A DNA stretch of 64,000 nt from a virus: the IMG/VR virus record IMGVR_UViG_3300045988_142085, positions 64,001 through 128,000 of that record; one strand, given 5' to 3'. Position 1 is the stretch's first letter, and every line of letters begins with the position of its first letter. Of the stretch, positions 1 to 7,916 are shown piece by piece. Both the position numbers and the translations under genes were made by a program. The notes below the pieces were generated by a model, which worked only from the letters and a program-made list of their open reading frames with translations, was not told where the DNA came from and did not search any database.

Positions 1-1422
1 TAAACGCTTATCGTTTTTAAAATATTTTTTAAGAACATTTTGGAGCTCACGTTTAACCTCTTCTAAAATAGAAGTGCTATTTTTTAGAATACCTTTAATT
101 TCTTTATTACGAGCTTCCAGCTCTGCGATCTTAGTATCGTAATCTCGTTGACTTAACTTAGTAAAGTCATTGATTTTCATACCAAGAATATAATCGGCCG
201 CTTCTTCGCTTATACTAAGAAGCTTCATTAATTCACTTTTAGGTTCGTCGCTAGTTTTAATTAGTTCTAAAATCTTAGCACTATTAGCGATCGCCAATTT
301 AATATTGTTGTATCTAAATAATAGTTTATTATTTTTATTTAACTCTAATGTTAATTTATTCTTAACAATATTATGATAATGAATTAATAGCTTCTTAACA
401 ATAGAAACTAATGGCATATGCTCGATAACTTTATTATTATAAATAATAGTAAAGATACTGTTAAAGCTATCTTCTAATTTAGTCTTTTTAAAAACTTGTT
501 TAATTAAGTCATCGACAGATTGACCACGTGCTGGTTTAATACTAATATTAAGAACGCCTTTTGCCGAGAAATTTTTAAACTCTCCACAAAGTTTATTTTC
601 TCTTAATTTTTTTAAACCAGACATGATAACACTAACATTAGTTGTGTATGGTATTGATGTAAATACTAATTCTTTTTTATTTTTAATTGTATATTGGCCA
701 CGGATAACGAACTTACCTTTGCCATTTTCATATACGGATTCTATATCGTCAGGATTCATAATAATCCCTTCGGTCGGGAAATCTGGTCCTTTGATATACT
801 TCATTAAGAATTTAGTATTAATATCTTTACCTTTGTTAACCTGATCGATAGTCTTAATTAAGGCCGTAATGACTTCTGTCGCATTATGAGACGGAATCAT
901 AGAGCTTACACCAGCAGCAATACCGTTAGTATAGTTACACAAAATATTCGGGAAAAATCCTCCTAAATATTTTGGTTCTAATCCTTCGTTGTCATACGTT
1001 GGCATCCATGGTACCGTAGCTTCATTAGTGTCTCCTAGGAGCAGATCTCCAGTCTTACTAAGTCTACTCTCGACGTACCTCATGGCTGCAGGTGGATCAT
1101 TTTCTATACTGCCAAAATTGCCACTACCATCTCCTAATGGATATCTGGCAGAAAATGTCGCCGTCATATTAACGAGAGCGCCATAAGGACCATCTAAGCT
1201 ATGTGGATGATATTGGCCGACAGTATCGCCGATAACTTTAGCAGCTTTTTTAAACGGTTTATTGTTATTTAAACCTAAATTGTTCATCGACAATAATACA
1301 CGTCGTTGAACTGGTTTTAAGCCGTCATTAAGTAACGGGATAGCTCGCTCGTATACAATGTGATTAGCATATTTACTAAAATTTTTAACGAGCAAGTCGC
1401 TTAATTCAATTTCAATTTCCAT
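1..1422 (-). CDS. gyrA: Type II DNA topoisomerase subunit A (GyrA/ParC/T4 gp52-like). N-terminal ~474 aa; the C-terminus lies beyond the window edge.
   Basis: A continuous minus-frame ORF translated by hand, starting MEIEIELSDLLVKN at 1422. It contains IVYERAIPLLNDGLKPVQRRVL, GQYHPH and the active-site Tyr motif AAMRYVESRL. Confidence 0.85.
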   Translation of the reverse strand, partial: MEIEIELSDLLVKNFSKYANHIVYERAIPLLNDGLKPVQRRVLLSMNNLGLNNNKPFKKAAKVIGDTVGQYHPHSLDGPYGALVNMTATFSARYPLGDGSGNFGSIENDPPAAMRYVESRLSKTGDLLLGDTNEATVPWMPTYDNEGLEPKYLGGFFPNILCNYTNGIAAGVSSMIPSHNATEVITALIKTIDQVNKGKDINTKFLMKYIKGPDFPTEGIIMNPDDIESVYENGKGKFVIRGQYTIKNKKELVFTSIPYTTNVSVIMSGLKKLRENKLCGEFKNFSAKGVLNISIKPARGQSVDDLIKQVFKKTKLEDSFNSIFTIIYNNKVIEHMPLVSIVKKLLIHYHNIVKNKLTLELNKNNKLLFRYNNIKLAIANSAKILELIKTSDEPKSELMKLLSISEEAADYILGMKINDFTKLSQRDYDTKIAELEARNKEIKGILKNSTSILEEVKRELQNVLKKYFKNDKRL

Positions 1423-2002
1423 TGCTAATTACCTTGATATCTTTAACGAGTACTTCATATGTCTCACGTTCACACTGATTAACTTTATCCCAGTATTTTC
1501 GATTAACGAACATACCTGTGATTTCAACATTCGTCTTTAACGGAATATCTCGTAAGATATTCGCATTAAGATTATGCCCGACACACGGGATAAAATCTTT
1601 TTCGGTGCCGTTATTGCGTTCGACCATTACAATATCATTACAGATATTATGACCATCTTTATTCGTAACTTTATTAATTTTAACGATTTTACCTTTAAGC
1701 TTCGTTTCGTTAAATTGAGACACGTGTTGATTAGCCTGGGTTAAATAACCATATACGATTAATTTAACTCCATTATCTGTTTTAATATTTTTAGTTCGAA
1801 TTTCACCGAATGCGTTAATGTGAGAACCATCTTTAAGATTGTATACTAAACGAACATTATCTTTAAAGTATACTGGAATTTTAATACTTCTTTTTTTAAC
1901 TTTCATTGATACGAAAGCTTTATATATATCTTGACCGTGAACATCTTGATGAGACACTTCAATCTCATCAATTGTTCCGGCTATATTTAGAAAATTATTC
2001 AC
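1412..2002 (-). CDS. hypothetical protein (196 aa)
   Basis: Long ORF in the co-directional array between gyrA and the DHFR gene. No recognisable motif. Confidence 0.6.
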   Translation of the reverse strand: MNNFLNIAGTIDEIEVSHQDVHGQDIYKAFVSMKVKKRSIKIPVYFKDNVRLVYNLKDGSHINAFGEIRTKNIKTDNGVKLIVYGYLTQANQHVSQFNETKLKGKIVKINKVTNKDGHNICNDIVMVERNNGTEKDFIPCVGHNLNANILRDIPLKTNVEITGMFVNRKYWDKVNQCERETYEVLVKDIKVISNGN

Positions 2003-2478
2003 TTTTTAATATACTTTCTAAATTCTAATTTAAATCCTGACTTCTCGTCAGTATCTTCTTTAGCATTAACTAGAGTAAAACCTCTAGTAATTTTATTGTA
2101 TGGGAACAACGTATCGCCGACTTTAAAATCTTCGACAACTGTTAAATAAACAGCGTCGCAATATTTTAAAAAGTCTCGATAAATTGTTCCGCCGCCAATA
2201 ATATAATAATCGTATCCTTCGAGCATAGCTGCTCTACATTCTTCGACCGAAGAAAATACTCGTACACCGGGATACGAAAAACCACTTTTACTAATTACCC
2301 AGTGTTCTCGATTAGGGAGAAGCCCAGGCAAACTTTCGAAGGTTTTTCGGCCCATTACGATAATTTTATTTAAAGTCTTCTTCTTAAAGAATGCAAGATC
2401 TTTAGGAATATGATATAGCAATTCATTATTCTTACCGATGTAATGAAATAAATTCATGCATCCGATCATATAGATCAT
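1999..2478 (-). CDS. folA: dihydrofolate reductase
   Basis: 159 aa with the DHFR fold signature (IVMGRKTFESLP...IIGGGTIYRDFL). Adjacent to thymidylate synthase, as in the T4 frd-td arrangement. Confidence 0.85.
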   Translation of the reverse strand: MIYMIGCMNLFHYIGKNNELLYHIPKDLAFFKKKTLNKIIVMGRKTFESLPGLLPNREHWVISKSGFSYPGVRVFSSVEECRAAMLEGYDYYIIGGGTIYRDFLKYCDAVYLTVVEDFKVGDTLFPYNKITRGFTLVNAKEDTDEKSGFKLEFRKYIKK

Positions 2479-3416
2479 ACAGCTACCTCGAAAGGAATTT
2501 TACCGCTATGCTCATAGTCTTCGAGAATTAAATCATCGATTTTAAAATCGTAAAAGCTTTTTACACGAGATTTAATTTCGACTTTTGGAGCATAATGGCT
2601 TCTATTTCCGACTTGAATAAATGCACCACGCAAATGATTTTCATAAACATGGGCATCGTTAATCATGATCGTAAACAAACCTGGTTTAAGATCACAGGTT
2701 TGCGCCATGAGTAATAATAGGAACGCATATTGGGCCATATTATATGGTAAGCCTACTAATGTATCGGAGCTACGAATATTTAATAATAAATTAAGTTTTC
2801 CGTTAGTGACATTCCATTCAGTTAAGAATGCACAAGGCTGCAATGCCATATTATTTAAATCTTCGACGTTCCATAGACTAACTACCATACGACGACTATC
2901 TTTATTAAAATGAAGATCGTAGATTAATTTATCGACTTGATTCATATAGATTTCTCCATTTTTACCGAGTCGATAATTTTTAATTTTACCTTCTTTTTTT
3001 AACTTAGCTACGTTTTCAGCTAATACGTCAAAATATTTATATTCTTTTCCTAGCTGATAACCGTAAGCTAAACCGATAGTACCGTCTTTACGTTCCCATT
3101 CATCCCAAATGGTAACATTATATTTACTACGTAATATTTCAACACTATTACTTTGATCTTGCCAGATCCACAGCATTTCTTTAATAGCTGTTTTAAGTCC
3201 GACAAATTTTGTCGTTAATAAAGGAAATTCATCTTCGAGATCGAATTGAAGCATCTTATGCGGTAAGCTAAAAGCATTAACACCGGTACGATTTTCTTTT
3301 AATTCGCCTTTTTCGATGATTTCACTGATCAACGGAATATACTGCCCGTCGGCTTCGTTCCGATAATCTTTATTAACGTCTTTAATAGTTTTAATTAATT
3401 GTTTAATGAAGCCCAC
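2475..3416 (-). CDS. thyA: thymidylate synthase (long Gram-positive type with insert)
   Basis: Contains NRTGV..FPLLTTK, VTIWDEW, DSRRMVVSLWNV and RSSD..GLPYNMAQYA (Asn, giving dUMP specificity). The catalytic Cys is present but the active-site motif reads QPCAF rather than PCH. Confidence 0.85.
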   Translation of the reverse strand: MGFIKQLIKTIKDVNKDYRNEADGQYIPLISEIIEKGELKENRTGVNAFSLPHKMLQFDLEDEFPLLTTKFVGLKTAIKEMLWIWQDQSNSVEILRSKYNVTIWDEWERKDGTIGLAYGYQLGKEYKYFDVLAENVAKLKKEGKIKNYRLGKNGEIYMNQVDKLIYDLHFNKDSRRMVVSLWNVEDLNNMALQPCAFLTEWNVTNGKLNLLLNIRSSDTLVGLPYNMAQYAFLLLLMAQTCDLKPGLFTIMINDAHVYENHLRGAFIQVGNRSHYAPKVEIKSRVKSFYDFKIDDLILEDYEHSGKIPFEVAV

Positions 3417-6077
3417 TTAGTCAACTCCAAAATTATTTAACACAAGATTCTTTCTAGCTTCCGAATCTTTCCCCATGATATCAGATACCATCTTAGCACA
3501 CTTTTCAGCGTCTTCGATAGTAATCTTATATAAATGTCTTTTCTTAGGATCCAAGGTAGATTCCCATAATTGATCGGGATTCATTTCTCCTAATCCTTTT
3601 ATATATTGCACATGCCATTGGTCTTTTTCTTTATATTTAGCTAGCTCTTCTTTCGTATAGATATATTTATGACTATTGCCTTTAACAAGTCTAAACAAAG
3701 GAGGAGCAGCTGCATAAATATAACCGTTCTCGATTAATTCTCGATAATGATTATAGAAGAACGTAGCCCAAAGGCAAATAATATGAGCCCCGTCGTCCGA
3801 CCGTACCCTCGGTTTCCCGATACTTCATAAAGGGACTAGACTATATTTTTATCCGTTCTGGATAGCACCTCTATAGTCGTTACACATTTACGATATTTTT
3901 TTAATATCGACTTAGCACGGTATTGCCATTGCTAGCCATTTCTGGCCCATCAGGTTCTCTTGATTATAGGAGCGCCTTCGCACATAATGTCTTATTCAAC
4001 TCCAACCGTAAGCATATTATTAGTTAATATACACCGCCTTGATAGCGTTAGGGTGCTTGTAATCTCTTGCATTCCTGCAAGGACGACTAATTTTTATTAA
4101 TCAGCATCTGACATTACGACAATCTTGTTATATTTTAAATCTTCGATATTGAATGATTTATCGATGCCGCAACCTAATGCGTTAACAAGGTCTAATAGTT
4201 TGTCAGACGTAACAGTACCGCCATTCTTTTCAGTATTCATTACTTTACCGAAAATAGGTAGCACAGCTTGATATTCGGGGTCACGTGCTTGCTTACTAGA
4301 GCCTCCGGCAGAATCTTAAGAGATATTTGTTTGGACTATATCTTACTTGTTAAAGCAAGTCCTACCGTTTCGATTTTTTAAAAATCTACTCTACTCAGTT
4401 CATATATATACTATATGCTTTTCGATAGTCTCTGAACGCGTTACAGATATCCGTTTTTTTTCCGTTCTGTAATTTCGCTGCGGATAATTTATAGTTTTGA
4501 CAATGTTACTATACCTAAGCCATTACGCTTTGCCATTATTATATCACTATAATAATTTAGTTGCCAATACTAATTTAAACTTCCCCGCAATTAGATAGGT
4601 TTAACGAGAGCGATTCTGTCTTTTACCCTCGACAATAAACAGTTCGCATTTTTTAGGGTCGTCACTATGACAATCGCTAAGTTTTTCTACGACAGTAGAT
4701 TTTAATGCTTTTTTCTGTTTACGTGCATTTTCTCTTGCCTTTTTAGCATCGAGTCTAGCTTTAATACTAAGATTAATTTTACTAGTCAATTGCTTAGCAA
4801 AAGTTTTTTTCTTTTTGAGCTCTTCTCCGAAAGACTCGGAAATTAATTCTTTAACTTGATCTCGAATCTCGGGCATCTGTAAATATAGTTTATTTTGACC
4901 TTCGAATTTTGGTTCGATAGTCTTAATATTTACGATAGCTACAAGACCTTCGATCGCATCGTCTTGTGTTAAATCTTTAATATTTAACTCTTTTAATGCT
5001 TGTACTATACCAGCTTTAAACCCATTTAAATGATCGCCGCCGTTTAAAGTATTGATATTATTTACAAACGTTAAAATCGTATTAGAATATAATCCATCAC
5101 AATAATTTAATACGACATGAACAGATGTATTATCTTTTTCTCCTTTAAATTCTAACGCTTTACCGATAGTTTCTTTAGGAGTAATATCTTTTAGATAATC
5201 TAAAAGAGTCGAAGATTTTAAGTTTACCCATTCTTCGCCTAAATTATATTTGATGGTAAGACCTTCGTTAAGATAACTTAACTGCTTAAGTTTCTTTTCG
5301 AGATCTTTAATATTAATAGGATCTGGATAGATTTCAGGATCTAATCGATATTCAATACGGGTACCCGTCTTTTTGGACTTTCGTCCTTTTTTAAGTTCTT
5401 GACTTAAGATACCTTTTTTAAAGCCAATAGACCATTCATATCCATCACGCCATACTGTGGCATTAAAATATTCGGAAACCGCATTAACGCAAGAACTCCC
5501 AACCAAAATCTTCAATAAAGAACGCTACTTCTTTATCAGTTCTCTTATGAACTTCTTTATGTTTCCATAAAGTTGAGACTATATCTTCTTAGACTTCCAC
5601 TTCGAGCACCAATAACTTGTGCCCTACTCCCTTACGGGATAGTCGTTGAACTTTATATATATACTTTTTAATATATATCTTAGCTGCTGATTACCCGCCC
5701 ATACGGGCTTTCCAGCAATTCAAAAGTTTTTACAACGGCATTTATTTACCGTTTAAGCCACCAGTAGCAGAGACCTGTCCGCTAAGTGAAACGAATTTTC
5801 CTCCAGCATGCAAAGAGCCTACCGCCAATTGTATTTGAGGAATGCCATATTTTTCATTAAGTGCGACTGGGATACCACGACCTTCGTCAGTGATAATCAT
5901 TACTTGAGTTTCGGGATTGTATTCTACAGTTATACATTTACCGAACCCAGTAACGAATTCGTCGACAGCATTGTCGATAATTTCGTGAGCACAATGATTT
6001 GGGCCATTCAAGTACATTTCTTTTCGTAGTCGAACATTGTCCGGATATTCGAGTACTAAAATTTCTTGTTCAGCCAT
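3417..6077 (-). CDS. gyrB: Type II topoisomerase ATPase subunit (GyrB/T4 gp39-like), split into 4 exons by three ORF-less group I-like introns. Approximate exons: 5748-6077, 4625-5503, 4101-4315, 3417-3797.
   Basis: Exon 1 carries the GHKL ATPase motifs (EIIDNAVDE, GRGIPV, LHAGGKF, TGGLNG). Exon 2 runs VGSSCVNAVS...ELFIVEG. Exon 3, translated by hand, reads DSAGGSSKQARDPEYQAVLPIFGKVMN...MSDAD (Toprim). Exon 4 reads DGAHII..YIYAAAPPLF...GLGEMNPDQLWESTLDP. Collinear GyrB homology resumes after each gap. Confidence 0.8.
3798..4100 (-). ncRNA. putative group I intron 3 in gyrB (~300 nt, no ORF)
   Basis: Interrupts DAD|DGAHI. Contains acGACTATAgagg...aaATATAGTCtag. Boundaries approximate. Confidence 0.55.
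4316..4624 (-). ncRNA. putative group I intron 2 in gyrB (~309 nt, no ORF)
   Basis: Interrupts IVEG|DSAGG. The 5' junction GGT|AAAAG is the same as in intron 1, and it has the same GACTAT...ATATAGTC candidate P7. Confidence 0.6.
5504..5747 (-). ncRNA. putative group I intron 1 in gyrB (~244 nt, no ORF)
   Basis: The exon ends on U (GGT|AAA) and the intron ends on G (..GATTTTG|GTT). An internal candidate P7 pairing is acgGACTATccc...agATATAGTCtc. Boundaries are good to about 3 nt. Confidence 0.6.
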
Positions 6078-6457
6078 TAATATACGTGGTCCTCATCTGC
6101 AATTAAATCATAATATCGATATAATAATGCACGAACTGTTTCATTAATAGATTCGTGTAGGCTAACATCTTTATTTAAAGTTACCTCTGCTTTAAATTTT
6201 CTAGGTTTAACAATTAAACCATTAGATGTAGTTAGCATATCGACACGTCCATGTCTACCAGAAATACCAATTCTAAATACGAATTGGAACAGTCGTCCAT
6301 CATAATCGACTTGATATGGTGTACCATATTTTTGTTTAGATAAAGCTTCGCCGACGTGGCCGGCAATATTATCTAAATCACTTTTAAGCTCTTGCTCTTT
6401 TTTAATAGCATCTTCCCAGGCTTTAATTCCCTGGTCGATATTATCTAAATAATCCAT
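6077..6457 (-). CDS. hypothetical protein (126 aa)
   Basis: ORF whose stop overlaps the gyrB start (ATGA). Confidence 0.6.
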   Translation of the reverse strand: MDYLDNIDQGIKAWEDAIKKEQELKSDLDNIAGHVGEALSKQKYGTPYQVDYDGRLFQFVFRIGISGRHGRVDMLTTSNGLIVKPRKFKAEVTLNKDVSLHESINETVRALLYRYYDLIADEDHVY

Positions 6458-6525
6458 GTATATCCTTTCTTTTTAAAAAGAAAAACTGGGTGCAGCGATC
6501 ACCACTACACCCAGTATACCATAGA

Positions 6526-6945
6526 TTAGCCAAGTAAATCTACAATAGGTTTCGCTTCTGCTTTTGGAGCATCGGCAAAGCTATCAAAGTTAGAAGCTTC
6601 GGATGCACCAGAGCCATCACGATGTTCATAATACATGCTGTCTACGATTACGTCAGTAGTATATACTTTAGTACCGTCTTCCTTTTCATAGGAACCAGTG
6701 CGGATAGCACCTTGTACAATAATTTGTTGACCTTGGTTTTTGTGAATTAAATCAGCAGTCATACCGAATGCTGTGCATGTAATGCTATCCCAATCTGGAT
6801 ATTCAGCATCTTTTGCTTTAAAATTACGTTGGCAAGACAAAGAGAAACGTAGCACGGATTTCTTTTCACCTTCACCTGGTTTGTAGCTATAAATACCTTT
6901 ACCTTCAGAATTAACACGGCCTTGAATAATTACTTGATTCAACAT
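6526..6945 (-). CDS. ssb: single-stranded DNA-binding protein (OB fold)
   Basis: MLNQVIIQGRV... has the SSB N-terminal pattern, an OB core and an acidic C-terminal tail (...DLLG). Confidence 0.75.
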   Translation of the reverse strand: MLNQVIIQGRVNSEGKGIYSYKPGEGEKKSVLRFSLSCQRNFKAKDAEYPDWDSITCTAFGMTADLIHKNQGQQIIVQGAIRTGSYEKEDGTKVYTTDVIVDSMYYEHRDGSGASEASNFDSFADAPKAEAKPIVDLLG

Positions 6946-7007
6946 AATAATAATTTCCTTTCGATAATTAAAAATTATTTAAATAAATATATATCTTAAG
7001 CATTTAA

Positions 7008-7916
7008 TTATGCTTTAAGAACAGATAAGATGGCTTCGATATTATAACGATTCAATTGCTTAACATCGTTTAATACGCCGCCAGACAATGCTTCCATAGC
7101 TTCTACGATTTGCTCGTCGCTGTAGCGATTAATTTCTTCACGCAAATCTAAGTAGTGAGCTAAGTAATCTAAGTAATACGGAGTAATATTAGACAAAGAA
7201 ACTTGATTTCTATCTTCGTCTTCAAGAATTTCGTCGAGATATCCTTGTAGTACTTTTTGATTCCCAGCATCTTCTTTAACAAATGTTTTTACTTTAGCAA
7301 TTTGACCAGCGAGATCTTTAGCGATTTGTGTCGTCATTTCATCTTCGCGTTTATATTTACTAACGTAGCAATCGAGCTGGCGCTCGTCGAATTTAAGAGC
7401 TTCGACAACTTCAGGATCGGCTTCATCTTTTTCTTCGAGCTCAGCTGTTTCTTCAGCAAAAGATTTAAAACCGTTATCGGCTTCATAGTCTACGTCTTCA
7501 GAACCCAATAATTCCATTGGAGATGCAACTTCGATAGGATTGCCGTCAAAATCAGTAACCGGAATTTCTTCCTTTACTTCTTCTGCAGAAGCTGGTTCTT
7601 TAATAATGACTTTTGGCTCTTCAGCTTCAATAGCAACTGGTTTACTTTCAGGTTCTTCCTTGACCAATTCAGCTTTGGGCTTCCGGCCACGCTTTTTAGG
7701 TTTTTCTTCTTTTACTTCCTCAACCTTATCGGTTGCTTCAGCTTTCCCAGCTACTTCATGTTTTACAGCATGAGCGTCGAGAGAAGAAATAATACCACTG
7801 TTATACATATCCAACAATAATTTACTGGATGCTGTATTAAAAGTGGCAGGATCTTCGTCTAACAGACGTTTAGCAATGACCAATAAATGATCAAATGCTT
7901 TTTCAGTGTAATTCAA
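7008..7916 (-). CDS. hypothetical acidic protein (302 aa)
   Basis: Long ORF with a central Glu/Lys/Pro-rich low-complexity region. Confidence 0.6.
   Translation of the reverse strand: MNYTEKAFDHLLVIAKRLLDEDPATFNTASSKLLLDMYNSGIISSLDAHAVKHEVAGKAEATDKVEEVKEEKPKKRGRKPKAELVKEEPESKPVAIEAEEPKVIIKEPASAEEVKEEIPVTDFDGNPIEVASPMELLGSEDVDYEADNGFKSFAEETAELEEKDEADPEVVEALKFDERQLDCYVSKYKREDEMTTQIAKDLAGQIAKVKTFVKEDAGNQKVLQGYLDEILEDEDRNQVSLSNITPYYLDYLAHYLDLREEINRYSDEQIVEAMEALSGGVLNDVKQLNRYNIEAILSVLKA

Noticed and set aside
623-1186. Plus-strand ORFs 623-844 and 989-1186. Likewise the other plus-strand ORFs in the track (2665, 5808, 7257, 7540, 11560, 13336, 15442, 17407, 20297, 23156, 23996, 31607, 40900, 41276, 41654, 41898, 42997, 43608, 44906, 45112, 45843, 46498, 46900, 47764, 49232, 49445, 53763, 54493, 55041, 56397, 60416, 61137, 61783).
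   Set aside because: All are antisense to well-supported minus-strand genes, lack RBS and have low-complexity translations.
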